From positions 116,530 to 180,529 of the forward strand of contig CAWJAN010000006.1 in the NCBI GenBank assembly GCA_963840885.1: a DNA stretch of 64,000 nucleotides, written 5' to 3'. Numbering within the stretch: the first letter of the stretch is position 1; every line of letters starts with the position of its first letter. The translations under genes were made by a program, and so were the position numbers. Below, in pieces: positions 1 to 10,758 of this stretch. This stretch comes from an uncultured bacterium (GTDB lineage: Bacteria; Patescibacteriota; Minisyncoccia; Phycocordibacterales; GWA1-40-21). Below the pieces are notes generated by a model, which was given only the letters and a program-made list of their open reading frames with translations, was not told the origin of the DNA and did no database searches.

Positions 1-99
1 GTTATATCCTATTTTACCAATAATCCATGGGACAAAATCGACTTTTTACATTATAATAATCAGAAATAATCGGCTAGAGAAAGCCACATTTAATTTCCA

Positions 100-1296
100 A
101 TGGACGAAGAACAAAAAAATCCAAAAGACTTGAGCCAAGAGATAAAAAGCGACATAGACAAGGAGCTTGCTTCGTATATGCAAAATCTGAAGGCAAAAAG
201 CGCTTCGGAAAATCCTTCTACAGCAGCCAATGAAAAGACTCCTGCATCTTTCAATATCAAGGAAGATACTCCCTCTGCCTCGGCGATAGCAGACTCTTCA
301 TCGGTAGAAAACCTGATTAAAAATGTGGCCGCAAACGAACCGGAAGAAAAACCGGCGCAAGAAACCCCTGCAGAACCGGAAAAATTTCAAATACCTGAGG
401 AGCCGTCGAGAAAACCGATAGTCCGAACATATAAAAGTGATGTGGAAGAAACCATACAGCAAGGTCATGTATCATCCATCAACATGGCTTTGGCCCAGCA
501 AAATAGGATGAGAAACAAAACCGGAGAGCCTTTAAGCCTGGAAGAAAAAAAATCTTCAGGAATAAACAAGAGTATAATAATACTCAGCATCGTATTGGTC
601 TTGGGCGGAGGCATGGCAATAATTATTCCTTACTTTTTGGTGCAAAAGCAGGCTGCTCCGGCTCCAGTAGTGCAGACAGTCCCGTCAGGAGCTTTCATGG
701 CAGCAGATGTGGAGGAAAAAATAAATCTTAGCGATATAAACCTGAACATATTCCCGACTATACTCAGGCAAAGAGTCGACCAATCATCGATTAAAATTGG
801 ACAAATAAAAAATATCTATTTCACCGAAGGACAAGGGGCGAGCGAGGCGGTGATAACATCGAGCAGATTTTTGAACCTGCTCGGAGCCAATGTTCCTCCA
901 GAAATATCCAGGACTCTTCTTCCGGAATATATGTTCGGAATGTTTTCATACAATGGCAACCAAAGATTCCTGATACTCCGAGTCGGTTCATACGATACCA
1001 CTTTCGCCGGAATGCTTTCCTGGGAAGTCAATCTGTGGGGTGATTTCAAGGAAGCCTTTGCCTTGCCAAACGACACTGTCTCAAGCTCATCTACGCTTGG
1101 CACTAATTTCGAAGTCAAACAATTCGAGGATGCCACCTACAGCAATAAGGACGCGCGCGTGGTGAAAGATTCTTCCGGAAATGTCGTCTTCCTTTATTCC
1201 ATAATAGACAATAATACGGTCGTCATAACAACGAGCGTAGATGCACTGAATGAAATAATCGCAAGGATGGGAAGCGGAAAAGCCCTTACGCAATAA
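100..1296 (+). CDS. hypothetical protein, single predicted TM helix (~aa 158-180), Pro/Glu-rich N-terminal region
   Basis: Long ORF; hydrophobic stretch SIIILSIVLVLGGGMAIIIPYFLV; no recognisable catalytic motif. Confidence 0.4.
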   Translation: MDEEQKNPKDLSQEIKSDIDKELASYMQNLKAKSASENPSTAANEKTPASFNIKEDTPSASAIADSSSVENLIKNVAANEPEEKPAQETPAEPEKFQIPEEPSRKPIVRTYKSDVEETIQQGHVSSINMALAQQNRMRNKTGEPLSLEEKKSSGINKSIIILSIVLVLGGGMAIIIPYFLVQKQAAPAPVVQTVPSGAFMAADVEEKINLSDINLNIFPTILRQRVDQSSIKIGQIKNIYFTEGQGASEAVITSSRFLNLLGANVPPEISRTLLPEYMFGMFSYNGNQRFLILRVGSYDTTFAGMLSWEVNLWGDFKEAFALPNDTVSSSSTLGTNFEVKQFEDATYSNKDARVVKDSSGNVVFLYSIIDNNTVVITTSVDALNEIIARMGSGKALTQ

Positions 1297-1339
1297 AGCA
1301 ATTGCGCCAAAAATATTATCTGGTAATATTGAGACCAAT

Positions 1340-1702
1340 ATGAATACAAGCGAATTTAAAAAGAAGCTCGAAAAAGAGCTTGCTCTGGTGGAAAAAGAAC
1401 TCTCGGAAGTGGCCAGGAAAAATCCCGACAATAATAACGATTGGGAACCTATAGAAACCGAGCTCGACGACGATCACGCGGATGATAACGATGTCGCGGA
1501 CGGCCTCGAAAACTTTGATGAAAACATAAGCTTAACAAACCAGCTTGAGACAAGATACGACGATATAAAGAATGCCCTTGAGAAGATAAAGGAAGGAACT
1601 TACGGAAAATGCGAAGTCGGCAGAGAAGAAATACCGCTTGAAAGACTGGAAGCCAACCCTTCGGCAAGGACCTGCGTAAAACATTTCAAAAAGAACGGAT
1701 AA
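1340..1702 (+). CDS. DksA/TraR-family-like small protein (putative)
   Basis: 120 aa; N-terminal coiled-coil-like region; C-terminus CEVGREEIPLERLEANPSARTCVKH resembles DksA/TraR C-terminal finger (only 2 Cys retained). Confidence 0.45.
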   Translation: MNTSEFKKKLEKELALVEKELSEVARKNPDNNNDWEPIETELDDDHADDNDVADGLENFDENISLTNQLETRYDDIKNALEKIKEGTYGKCEVGREEIPLERLEANPSARTCVKHFKKNG

Positions 1703-1708
1703 AAAATA

Positions 1709-1741
1709 AAAACTGCGGAAAAAATCCGCAGTTTTTATTTT
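1709..1741 (+). terminator. rho-independent terminator
   Basis: Hairpin ctgcgg-aaaaaat-ccgcag followed by tttttatttt. Confidence 0.6.
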
Positions 1742-1775
1742 GTTTTGAAAACAATACTGATATAATGACATCGGA

Positions 1776-3353
1776 ATGTCATTTGCAAAAACTTATTCAG
1801 CGCAAACCGTCGGGCTTGGCGCAAAAATAATAGACGTGGAAGTCGATCTGTCCAAGGGTCTTCATTCTTTTACGATAGTCGGCCTTCCTGATAAAGCCGT
1901 GGAAGAATCCAAAGACAGGGTATCGGCTTCCATAAAAAATTCCGGCTTCACTTCTCCAAAAAGCCAGAATAAAAAAGTTGTAGTTTCGCTTGCGCCTGCC
2001 GATATCAAGAAAGAAGGCCCTGCTTTTGACCTATCAATAGCCTTATCGTATCTTCTGGCAAACGATGAAATAAAATTCGACCCGAAAAATAAGCTTTTTA
2101 TGGGAGAACTTTCCCTTGATGGCGACCTTAGAAAAACAAAGGGTATTCTGGCAATAGTTGCGGAAGCGAAAAACTGCGGCTTTACGGAAATATTTCTGCC
2201 AAAAGAAAATGCAAAAGAAGCGGCACTTATTTCAGGGATAAAAATTTACGGCGCAAAAAGCCTTAAAGAAATAATCGAACACATAAATGAGTCCGAGGAA
2301 GAAAAGAGTTTAAAATCAGGCAAAACGGTAAAAAATAATCTGAAAAAGATAGGAGCTGAGCCGCATACCGAAATATTAATTGAAGAAGACGAGCCTTTGG
2401 TGGATTTTTCGGAAATAAAAGGACAAGAGATGGCGAAAAGGGGGCTTGAAATAGCTGCTGCGGGCGGACACAACATAGCAATGTACGGGCCTCCAGGAAC
2501 CGGAAAAACGATGCTTGCAAAAGCATTCGCCCATATACTTCCTCCGCTTTCTTACGATGAAATTCTGGAAATAACTTCAATACACTCCATTGCCGGAACT
2601 TTGAAAACCGATGTCATATTGAAACCGCCTGTAAGAAATCCTCATCATACGGCATCTTATGTTTCTATTGTAGGCGGCGGAATAATTCCAAAACCCGGCG
2701 AAGTGACGCTCGCGCACAGAGGAGTTCTTTTTCTTGACGAATTTCCAGAATTCGACAGAAAAGTGATTGAGACCTTGCGCGAACCTCTTGAAGAAGGCGA
2801 GATAAGTATATCGCGTGCCCGCGGAACGCATACTTTTCCCGCGAATTTTATCCTAATTGCCGCAATGAATCCATGTCCCTGCGGAAATTTCGGTTCACGA
2901 ACAAAAACCTGCATCTGCAAGCCTATGGACCTTCAAAGATATGAAAGAAAAATATCCGGACCGATAATAGACAGGGTGGATATGTGGGTTGAAGTTTCAA
3001 AAGTGGATTATGAAAAACTTTCTGATTCAACTGCCGATAGGAAAGAGACGGCAGATATTAAAAATCGCGTCATAAAATCCAGGAATATACAAAAAGAAAG
3101 ATTTGAAAAGGCAAAAAGAAAGATTAAAACCAATAGCGAGATGGAAGCCAAGGATATAGGAAAAATTGCCGGATTGTCCGATGAAGCAAAAAATATCTTG
3201 AATGCTTCGGCGAAAAAACTGGATATTTCAGCGCGTGCATATCACAGGATTATAAAACTAGCGAGAACTATCGCCGATCTTGAAAGCGATAGTCTCATAA
3301 AACCGGAGTATATTCTCGAGGCTCTGCAGTACAGGCCGAAAAGAAATTCATAA
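1776..3353 (+). CDS. YifB/ComM-family Mg-chelatase-like AAA+ ATPase
   Basis: N-terminal Lon-like domain, Walker A GPPGTGKT, Zn-ribbon CPCGNFGSRTKTCIC, C-terminal ComM motif pattern. Confidence 0.85.
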   Translation: MSFAKTYSAQTVGLGAKIIDVEVDLSKGLHSFTIVGLPDKAVEESKDRVSASIKNSGFTSPKSQNKKVVVSLAPADIKKEGPAFDLSIALSYLLANDEIKFDPKNKLFMGELSLDGDLRKTKGILAIVAEAKNCGFTEIFLPKENAKEAALISGIKIYGAKSLKEIIEHINESEEEKSLKSGKTVKNNLKKIGAEPHTEILIEEDEPLVDFSEIKGQEMAKRGLEIAAAGGHNIAMYGPPGTGKTMLAKAFAHILPPLSYDEILEITSIHSIAGTLKTDVILKPPVRNPHHTASYVSIVGGGIIPKPGEVTLAHRGVLFLDEFPEFDRKVIETLREPLEEGEISISRARGTHTFPANFILIAAMNPCPCGNFGSRTKTCICKPMDLQRYERKISGPIIDRVDMWVEVSKVDYEKLSDSTADRKETADIKNRVIKSRNIQKERFEKAKRKIKTNSEMEAKDIGKIAGLSDEAKNILNASAKKLDISARAYHRIIKLARTIADLESDSLIKPEYILEALQYRPKRNS

Positions 3354-3356
3354 ATT

Positions 3357-3388
3357 AAAAGGCGCCCGCTTCGCGGGCGCCTTTTAAT
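3357..3388. terminator. bidirectional rho-independent terminator between convergent genes
   Basis: aaaa-ggcgcccgc-ttc-gcgggcgcc-ttttaat. Confidence 0.6.
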
Positions 3389-3396
3389 ATTTAAAT

Positions 3397-4581
3397 TTAA
3401 TTTGCAAGAGGATTATGCGCTCCTCGGACCTCGAAGTGAAGATGAGGGCCTGTGGAATATCCTGTATTTCCGGAAAGTCCGATGACTTGTCCTTGGACTA
3501 CGCTCTGTCCGCTTGAAACAAGAACCTGGCTCAAGTGTCCGTAAACAGTTTCTGTGCCGTTCGGATGTGAGATAACTATATAATTTCCGTATCCTCCGTT
3601 CCAGCCTGATGACTTTGCAACTATTATTTCTCCTGATGCGGCAGCCATGACTCTCGTTCCGACAGGAGTTCCTATATCGATAGCATTCCAGCCATGAAGG
3701 CCTTGTGTTCTTACTCCGCCGACGAGAGGGCGTATATAATAACTGTCTTCATTCGGGCCGCTTCCGCCAAGATACGGTTCAGATATGGAATTCGATCCGG
3801 ACTTCGATGCCATGGCGAGCGTTGCGCTTATATTCGAACCGCCTTCCCCATCAGGAATTATTATCTGTCCTCCGACTGTAAGTTTTGCATCGAGGCTGAG
3901 TCCGTTGAATACAGCTACTTCGCCAGCATCCGCTTTATATTTTTTGGCAATACTCGTTATGGTATCTCCGCTTACAATCGTATGAATTGTTCCGGAAACA
4001 GGCAAAATGATAAGCGCTTGTCCTGGCTGTACTACGCTGCTGTTTAGATTGTTAGCCCAAAGGATTGTATTTTGAGAAACTCCGAACATTTTGGCTATTC
4101 CCGATATTGTGTCTCCCGACCTGACTATGTATTTGCTTATCTGTCCCGTATTTCCTGCACTCGGTATATCCGCAAGAGTTCCGGATGGCCCGTTTTCTGA
4201 AACAAGAGCTTCATCGCTATTGTCAAAGACAAGATCATCTCCTCCGACAGCGGCAAGAGTGTCAAAGTTCGTTGTATTTTGTAAAAGAGGGATATCATTC
4301 GGATCTGAAGCCGCCTGATCTCCTGAAGCTATCACTACTTGCGAAGAATTGCCAAAAATCATATCTGAAATCGAAGAAAAGATGCCGGCATTCGCGGTAA
4401 ATGGCGGAAAGCTTGAAAAAATAAATGTAATAGCGACAAGCCAACTCAAATATTGAGCTTTGGATGCATCTTTTATATTGCGAACCCAGGATTTCAATAC
4501 GAAAGCTCGAGGATTCGATGAGTTTTTATTGTCTAAAATATGCCTATTTATTAAGGGATTGTCTGATATTCGGTCTGTCAA
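3397..4581 (-). CDS. LysM-domain-containing M23-family peptidoglycan metalloendopeptidase
   Basis: N-terminal TM; two LysM-like segments (YIVRSGDTISGIAKMFGV.., HTIVSGDTITSIAKKYK); M23 motifs HGWNAIDIG and GYSTGPHLHFEVR. Confidence 0.8.
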   Translation of the reverse strand: MTDRISDNPLINRHILDNKNSSNPRAFVLKSWVRNIKDASKAQYLSWLVAITFIFSSFPPFTANAGIFSSISDMIFGNSSQVVIASGDQAASDPNDIPLLQNTTNFDTLAAVGGDDLVFDNSDEALVSENGPSGTLADIPSAGNTGQISKYIVRSGDTISGIAKMFGVSQNTILWANNLNSSVVQPGQALIILPVSGTIHTIVSGDTITSIAKKYKADAGEVAVFNGLSLDAKLTVGGQIIIPDGEGGSNISATLAMASKSGSNSISEPYLGGSGPNEDSYYIRPLVGGVRTQGLHGWNAIDIGTPVGTRVMAAASGEIIVAKSSGWNGGYGNYIVISHPNGTETVYGHLSQVLVSSGQSVVQGQVIGLSGNTGYSTGPHLHFEVRGAHNPLAN

Positions 4582-4754
4582 ATGGCTATGTTAAGCCATT
4601 TTTTCGGTATATGCCTGACTTACTGGACGGAAATTAATTATACTACCATAGGCCTTAAGGTCAATGAGGTTATCAACATTTGCCGCCGGCAAAAAACACT
4701 AAAAATCTAAGCAAAATTTACGGTTTTTTCTTCTTTAATGCTATATTTACACGG

Positions 4755-6701
4755 ATGAAATACCTTGAAGGCCTTAATGAGAAGCAAAAAGAGGCGGTTT
4801 TGGCTAAAAACGGGCCGGTTTTGGTCATTGCTGGAGCCGGAGCCGGAAAAACCAAGACTATTGCCCATAGGATTCTCCATCTCATAAAGGAAGGAGTGGT
4901 GCCGGAAGAGATTTTAGCTATAACCTTTACAAATAAAGCCGCAAAAGAGATGCGGGAAAGGGTGGAAAAGACGATTTCCGAAGATAAAGAAATGAATCTG
5001 CCTATAACTTTCGCCCAAAAGCCATTTGTGAGCACTTTTCATTCTCTAGGAGTCCATATCATAAAGGAAAATGCCGGGCTTGTCGGACTAACGCGCCATT
5101 TCAACATATTCGACAGGAATGATTCATTGAAAGCGCTAAAAGATATCCTTAAAAGCCTGGATATAGACCCGAAACAATTCGAACCAGGAAAGATTTTGAA
5201 TATAATCTCAAGAGAAAAGAATAATCTGATTCCGGCACAAGATTATGGCTCTGAAAAGATTTCAGCCGGCTATACCGTTGCCGGAGTCGTGGCGAAAGTC
5301 TGGCCTCTGTACGAAAAAAAGCTGAAGGAAGAAAAATCTTTGGATTTCGATGATTTGCTTTTGAAAACTTATGAGATCCTGCGCGACCACAAAGAAATCC
5401 TTGAAAGATACCAGGAAAAATGGAAATACATCCATGTGGACGAATATCAGGATACGAACAAAGTCCAGTATGAAACTACGAGGCTTCTTGCAAAAAAATA
5501 CAAGAATATTTTTGTTGTCGGCGATGCAGACCAGTCTATTTACAGCTGGCGCGGAGCGAATATAGAAAATATTCTGAAATTCGAAGAAAATTATCCGGAT
5601 GCAAAAGTAATACTCTTGGAACAGAATTACCGCTCGACACAGACAGTGCTCGCGCTTGCAAACGAAGTCATAAAGAAAAACAAGCTTAGAAAAGAAAAAA
5701 ATCTTTTCACGAAAAATGAGGAAGGGGAAAGGGCTTCGTATTTCAGAGCGCTCAATGAAACCGAGGAAGCAAGGTTCATTGCCAGAAAAGCCGGCGAGCT
5801 TATCGGAAACGGAACGAATGCCAGAGAAATTGCGGTGCTTTACCGCGCAAATTTCCAATCACGCGCTCTTGAAGAGGCGATGATAGCGGAAAATATTCCG
5901 TATCAGGTGCTCGGCACTAAATTTTTCGAAAGAAAAGAAGTCAAGGATGTGCTTTCCTATCTGCGGGCAAGCCTGAACAAAGACAGCCTCACAGACATAA
6001 AAAGAATAATAAATGTTCCGGCGCGCGGAATCGGAAAAGTGACTGTTCTGAAAATTTTTGCCGGTGAAAAAGAAAAGCTTCCGCCAAAAATAAAAGAAAG
6101 TGCGGATAATTTTTTCGGACTTCTTTCAAAGATAAAAAATGAGGCTGAAAACAAAAAACCGTCGGAAGTTATAAAATTTATAATCCAGGAAACGAGCCTT
6201 GAAAAAGAGCTTAAAAACGGCACGGATGACGATCTAGAAAGGCTTGAAAATATGCGCGAACTGGCTACTCTCGCCAGGAAATTCGACCAACTTCCAAAGA
6301 CCGAAGGAATCGAAAAACTCCTTGAAGAATCAGCGCTTGCGACCGATCAGGACTCTTTGGAAAAAAATGAAAATGCCGTAAAGCTGATGACTGTCCATGC
6401 TTCCAAAGGCCTCGAATTCGATTATGTTTTCATCACCGGGCTTGAGGCAAATCTTTTTCCTCATCAAGGGCTTTCCGGCGAACAAAAAACTCCAGCTGAA
6501 ATGGAAGAGGAAAGGCGATTATTTTACGTAGCTCTTACAAGAGCGAGAAAGAAATTATTTCTTACGCATGCTGAAATGAGAACAATTTTCGGCTCGCTGC
6601 AAATTAATATTCCGTCAGAATTCTTTGCTGATTTTGACAATGATTTGCTTCAAGAAGAAAAATTCGAATACCGCGACAAGATAGTTTATCTTGATTGGTG
6701 A
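4755..6701 (+). CDS. pcrA: UvrD/PcrA-family ATP-dependent DNA helicase
   Basis: LNEKQKEAV..VIAGAGAGKTKT Walker A, DEYQDTN, helicase motifs through C-terminus. ATG at 4755 preferred over the upstream ORF extension from 4680. Confidence 0.85.
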   Translation: MKYLEGLNEKQKEAVLAKNGPVLVIAGAGAGKTKTIAHRILHLIKEGVVPEEILAITFTNKAAKEMRERVEKTISEDKEMNLPITFAQKPFVSTFHSLGVHIIKENAGLVGLTRHFNIFDRNDSLKALKDILKSLDIDPKQFEPGKILNIISREKNNLIPAQDYGSEKISAGYTVAGVVAKVWPLYEKKLKEEKSLDFDDLLLKTYEILRDHKEILERYQEKWKYIHVDEYQDTNKVQYETTRLLAKKYKNIFVVGDADQSIYSWRGANIENILKFEENYPDAKVILLEQNYRSTQTVLALANEVIKKNKLRKEKNLFTKNEEGERASYFRALNETEEARFIARKAGELIGNGTNAREIAVLYRANFQSRALEEAMIAENIPYQVLGTKFFERKEVKDVLSYLRASLNKDSLTDIKRIINVPARGIGKVTVLKIFAGEKEKLPPKIKESADNFFGLLSKIKNEAENKKPSEVIKFIIQETSLEKELKNGTDDDLERLENMRELATLARKFDQLPKTEGIEKLLEESALATDQDSLEKNENAVKLMTVHASKGLEFDYVFITGLEANLFPHQGLSGEQKTPAEMEEERRLFYVALTRARKKLFLTHAEMRTIFGSLQINIPSEFFADFDNDLLQEEKFEYRDKIVYLDW

Positions 6702-6716
6702 TACAATTAAAAAATA

Positions 6717-7508
6717 ATGGAAAAAATAACCGCAAAAAAATCACTTGGACAGAATTTTCTCAGATCAAAAAAAGTTTTGTCGGAAATCGTAAATGCCGGA
6801 AAAATTTCTCCAAAAGATATCATACTTGAAATCGGCCCGGGCAAAGGCGCACTCACGGAAAGACTTCTTGAAACAGGGGTAAAAATAATCGCCGTGGAAA
6901 AAGATAGTAGGCTTATGGAATTTTTAAATGAAAAATTTGTAAATGAAATAAGATATGGAAGATTGGAGCTTGTTCACGAGGATATTTTGGAAACAAATTT
7001 AAATTCATTAAATTTGAAATCCGGAAATTTCAAATTGATCGCTAATATCCCTTATTACATAACCGGTCAGATTTTCAGGAAATTTTTGTCTGGAAATATC
7101 CAGCCGTCGAAAATAGTCATGCTCGTGCAAAAAGAAATCGCCGACAGGATTGTAGCTAGGGATGGAAAAGAAAGTCTGCTTTCTATTTCAGTAAAAATAT
7201 ATGGGGAACCGAAAAAAATAATGAAAGTGGATAAGGAAAATTTCTCCCCCGCTCCGAAAGTTGATTCCGCAATTTTGCTTGTGGATAATATTTCAAAAGA
7301 TTTTTTCAAAGAAATGGACGAAAATAAGTTTTTTGAATTGCTTAAGACAGGATTCGCGCATAAAAGAAAAATCCTGTCAGCAAATCTTAAAAATTTCAAC
7401 GGAAAAAACGTTAAGGATATATTTTTTGAGCTGAAAATACCGGAAAAAGCCCGCGCGGAAGACTTAAAACCGGAAGACTGGGAAAAATTGGCGGAAAAAT
7501 TGGCTTAA
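6717..7508 (+). CDS. rsmA: 16S rRNA (adenine1518/1519-N6)-dimethyltransferase RsmA/KsgA
   Basis: SLGQNFL...EIGPGKGALT...NIPYYIT motifs. Confidence 0.85.
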   Translation: MEKITAKKSLGQNFLRSKKVLSEIVNAGKISPKDIILEIGPGKGALTERLLETGVKIIAVEKDSRLMEFLNEKFVNEIRYGRLELVHEDILETNLNSLNLKSGNFKLIANIPYYITGQIFRKFLSGNIQPSKIVMLVQKEIADRIVARDGKESLLSISVKIYGEPKKIMKVDKENFSPAPKVDSAILLVDNISKDFFKEMDENKFFELLKTGFAHKRKILSANLKNFNGKNVKDIFFELKIPEKARAEDLKPEDWEKLAEKLA

Positions 7509-7588
7509 CCGGATAAAAAGGCTGGTTTTGCTGCACAAAATCCGTTTTTTATCTTTTAAAAGCCATTTTTGAATGTTATAATTATTGT

Positions 7589-8389
7589 GTGAATTACAGG
7601 AAATACTTGCCTTCAAAAAGATTTCTGACATCTTTTGCTATTGCAATAATGTTTGTTCTTATTGCCGTGGCGTTTACCTACAAAAATCCTACACCAAAAG
7701 GTGGGCTCGTCGTGGAGAATTCTTCCGCAAGCACAAGCTCTCTTTTGGATCAATTGTCTCCTGAAGAACAGCAGGTTGCTGAACAATATGAAAGCCTTAA
7801 TCCTACTGACAAGATGGCTAGGGACCTTATGTCAAACATAATAGCCACCCAGCCTGCAAACGGCAGCATGGACCAGGAAACTATTGATAATCTTGTTAAT
7901 GGGGCAGTGGGAGATATTCCACAGAAAAATTTCTCTACGAGCACGGATATATCCGATCTTAATCTTATACCTATAAATCCTGATACTTTCGGAAAAGACA
8001 TAACTGCATATGCAAACATATACTATGCCCAGACTGAAAAGCTCAGAAAAATCATGGGCCAGGACTTAAATCTGATAAACGACTATATCAATACGCAAAG
8101 CGATAAGGATAAGACCGATTTGGCTTCCATAGTGGTCTCATACAAAGATATAATAAGTAATCTTGTGCAAGTGCCTATACCTGCGACTGCCGATTCGCAA
8201 GGTGTCATAGATCATCTGAAGATAATAAACGACCTGGAGATATTGATTGATATAGATAATGATATAATAAATGCAAAATACGACAGCGTAGATGTAATAT
8301 CGGACTTGGCGCTTTACAGCCAGACATCGAATGACCTTTTAGATACCCTCGGCAATATAGACACTGTTCTGAAAATACAAAGAAACTAA
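7589..8389 (+). CDS. hypothetical membrane-anchored protein (first gene of T4SS-like cluster)
   Basis: N-terminal TM FAIAIMFVLIAVAFTY then hydrophilic domain; non-ATG start in ORF track. Confidence 0.35.
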   Translation: MNYRKYLPSKRFLTSFAIAIMFVLIAVAFTYKNPTPKGGLVVENSSASTSSLLDQLSPEEQQVAEQYESLNPTDKMARDLMSNIIATQPANGSMDQETIDNLVNGAVGDIPQKNFSTSTDISDLNLIPINPDTFGKDITAYANIYYAQTEKLRKIMGQDLNLINDYINTQSDKDKTDLASIVVSYKDIISNLVQVPIPATADSQGVIDHLKIINDLEILIDIDNDIINAKYDSVDVISDLALYSQTSNDLLDTLGNIDTVLKIQRN

Positions 8390-8396
8390 GACAAAT

Positions 8397-10733
8397 ATGA
8401 ATTTTACAGGATTAATAAATAAAAAAATACCGGTCTTGATTGCAGTTTCCCTCTTATCATTGAACTTTTTATTTTTGATATTGCCTTACAAATCAAATGC
8501 CCAGTTTGCGGTTAGCGTAATAGCAAATACTGATCCCGGCACAATAGGCTTCTATACTGCTTCTGCGGCATACTATAGCGGATCAACCGCAAACCAAACC
8601 GCACAGACAACTCATGATCTTGCTTGGACGGAAATAGCCAAGCCTGCTTTGGACAAGCTTCTCCAGCAGCTTGCAAAAACAGCGGCAAGAGAGCTCATAC
8701 AAAAAATAACTGATGCCACTGTCAATTGGATAAACAGCGGCTTCAATGGAAATCCGGCATTCATAGCCAATCCGGGAGATTTCTTGGCGCAAACCGCCGA
8801 CCAAGCCGTCGGCAGCTTCATACAGAATGATCCGAATCTCAGATTCCTGTGTTCGCCGTTCCAGATTCAAGTAAAATTAGCTTTGTACACAAATTATTCC
8901 ACCACGGCATTCAATCAGATAAACTGCACTGCTTCAGGCGCTCTGACCAATCTAGAAAACGGAACATTTTCATGGAATGACTGGCTTCAGGTTGCAAGCC
9001 AGCCGCAAAATACTCCGACTGGAGCATATCTATTGGCGCAAGGACAATTAGAAGCCCAAATCGCAAACAAACAAGGCGCTGTAAGCAATGATATCAATCT
9101 CGGCAGCGGGGCTATTTCATATAAAAGCTGCACCGATTCTGTCTATCAGCTGGATAGCAAAGGAAATATAACGAACAGCTCAAATCCTGTCACTTTCACA
9201 TATACAGGCTCTGATCTTTATCCGAATTCGGCAACTCAAAATTATCTAGCGCAAAATAAAAGTAAGATATTGACCGTAAAAACAAGCTGCACGGTAAAAA
9301 CGCCTGGAACGACGATAGCCACGATGCTCGGATTCAAAGCCACATCCGAACAGAGAACCGATGAAATCGGAGCGGCATTGTCTAACGGAATAGACGCTGT
9401 TCTTTCATCGCTCTCGAATCAGCTCATTAAATTGGCTTCCGACCAATTGACCAACGGCGTCTTGGCAAACAATAGCACCAATTCCTCAAATTATAATTCG
9501 AGCTTGAATAATCTGGCTTCTCAGGCACAAAACGATTACAACGGTTCTATAACAAACGCTAACAGCGCAGCAAGCAATGTGAGCAGCAATGCAGGAACAA
9601 ATTCATCTGGAATGAACCTTGATACGGGTGTTCTCGGTTCATATGACAATACGTTCGGCAGCGGCTTCAGCACAGGCTTTACTTCCGTGAGCGGAGGCAG
9701 CAGCTTGGGCGGAACGACAAACAATATAAACGACTGCCTCTCTTCGATAAAACAGCAATATATCACAAAAATAAATTCACTTGTAAGCGGAGAAAATTCA
9801 TACCAGACGGGAATCAGCGGTCTTTTGCAGACGCTCAGTGATTCTAAAGCGTCATTTGCAACGGCAAGGTCATGCAACCTTACCCAGAATGATTCCAATT
9901 CCATATTGAGAGCCCAGCTTATTTATCAAAACGCGATAGAAAATATAGACGGCATCACTGATTCAGGAAGAAGCATACCGAGCATAATATGGAATACTCC
10001 GTACCTGAATAATCTGATAATGAACTCAAATAACAATATAACCCTGCTGAATGCCGCTGAAGATGCGGTTAATGCGGCAACATCCACTGACGGTCTTACT
10101 GCAGCCGTAAATCCTATATTGCCTCCGGTGATATTCAACGACCCGAATACCCTGGGCACCACTACAAGCGGCCTTACAGCTGTGAATTCTTTGACAACCA
10201 ATAATACTGTTCTTAAAAACCAGCAAATACTCTCATCGACTCAAGGAGCTCCTGATACCGTCGCCAATACCATCGCAACGGCCGCCGGAAGCGCTGGCCT
10301 AGGACAGAACAGTTCTTTGACTCTTCCTTCAGGAATGTTACTGACAGTTCCTTGCGGATTCCTATGTTTAAGCGCGCCGACAAATCAGCCTGTAGTTAAT
10401 CCCGGATCATCTATTAGCCTCAACGACTTAATCGTAAAGCTTATTCAGCTGAAACTGCAGTTTCCCGGCGGAGCAACTGTTAATATTTCAGGTGGAATCA
10501 CAGCGCAAATTCCTACAAGCGTTCCCGCATGCTCCACGGTCACAACAAATTCCTCCAAGACATCGGGCGGTTCCGTATTCGGATTAGGCAATAAAACAAA
10601 TAATACTTCTGGCGGCGGTTCGGTGGGCGGATTCAATATGCCGACAGACAATTCCGATGGGTTAAAAAACTTCCTGTCTTCGCTGCAAAACATATATACG
10701 ACTGCAAGTTGTCCGATAAATCTGGGCTTATAG
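8397..10733 (+). CDS. large secreted Ser/Thr/Asn-rich protein (T4SS-like cluster associated)
   Basis: Signal-peptide-like N-terminus, 778 aa, low-complexity N/S/T/G-rich. Confidence 0.4.
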   Translation: MNFTGLINKKIPVLIAVSLLSLNFLFLILPYKSNAQFAVSVIANTDPGTIGFYTASAAYYSGSTANQTAQTTHDLAWTEIAKPALDKLLQQLAKTAARELIQKITDATVNWINSGFNGNPAFIANPGDFLAQTADQAVGSFIQNDPNLRFLCSPFQIQVKLALYTNYSTTAFNQINCTASGALTNLENGTFSWNDWLQVASQPQNTPTGAYLLAQGQLEAQIANKQGAVSNDINLGSGAISYKSCTDSVYQLDSKGNITNSSNPVTFTYTGSDLYPNSATQNYLAQNKSKILTVKTSCTVKTPGTTIATMLGFKATSEQRTDEIGAALSNGIDAVLSSLSNQLIKLASDQLTNGVLANNSTNSSNYNSSLNNLASQAQNDYNGSITNANSAASNVSSNAGTNSSGMNLDTGVLGSYDNTFGSGFSTGFTSVSGGSSLGGTTNNINDCLSSIKQQYITKINSLVSGENSYQTGISGLLQTLSDSKASFATARSCNLTQNDSNSILRAQLIYQNAIENIDGITDSGRSIPSIIWNTPYLNNLIMNSNNNITLLNAAEDAVNAATSTDGLTAAVNPILPPVIFNDPNTLGTTTSGLTAVNSLTTNNTVLKNQQILSSTQGAPDTVANTIATAAGSAGLGQNSSLTLPSGMLLTVPCGFLCLSAPTNQPVVNPGSSISLNDLIVKLIQLKLQFPGGATVNISGGITAQIPTSVPACSTVTTNSSKTSGGSVFGLGNKTNNTSGGGSVGGFNMPTDNSDGLKNFLSSLQNIYTTASCPINLGL

Positions 10734-10758
10734 CTTTGTGTTATAATTTTTACGAAAG

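Noticed and set aside
816-1431. Antisense ORFs 816-1136(-) and 1087-1431(-) inside/around the first CDS
   Set aside because: Embedded in the opposite strand of a longer ORF, with no motifs or start signals. Typical spurious frames.
4680-4754. N-terminal extension of the helicase ORF (MPPAKNTKNLSKIYGFFFF...)
   Set aside because: The conserved PcrA N-terminus begins at the ATG at 4755. The upstream part is low-complexity and overlaps the promoter region.
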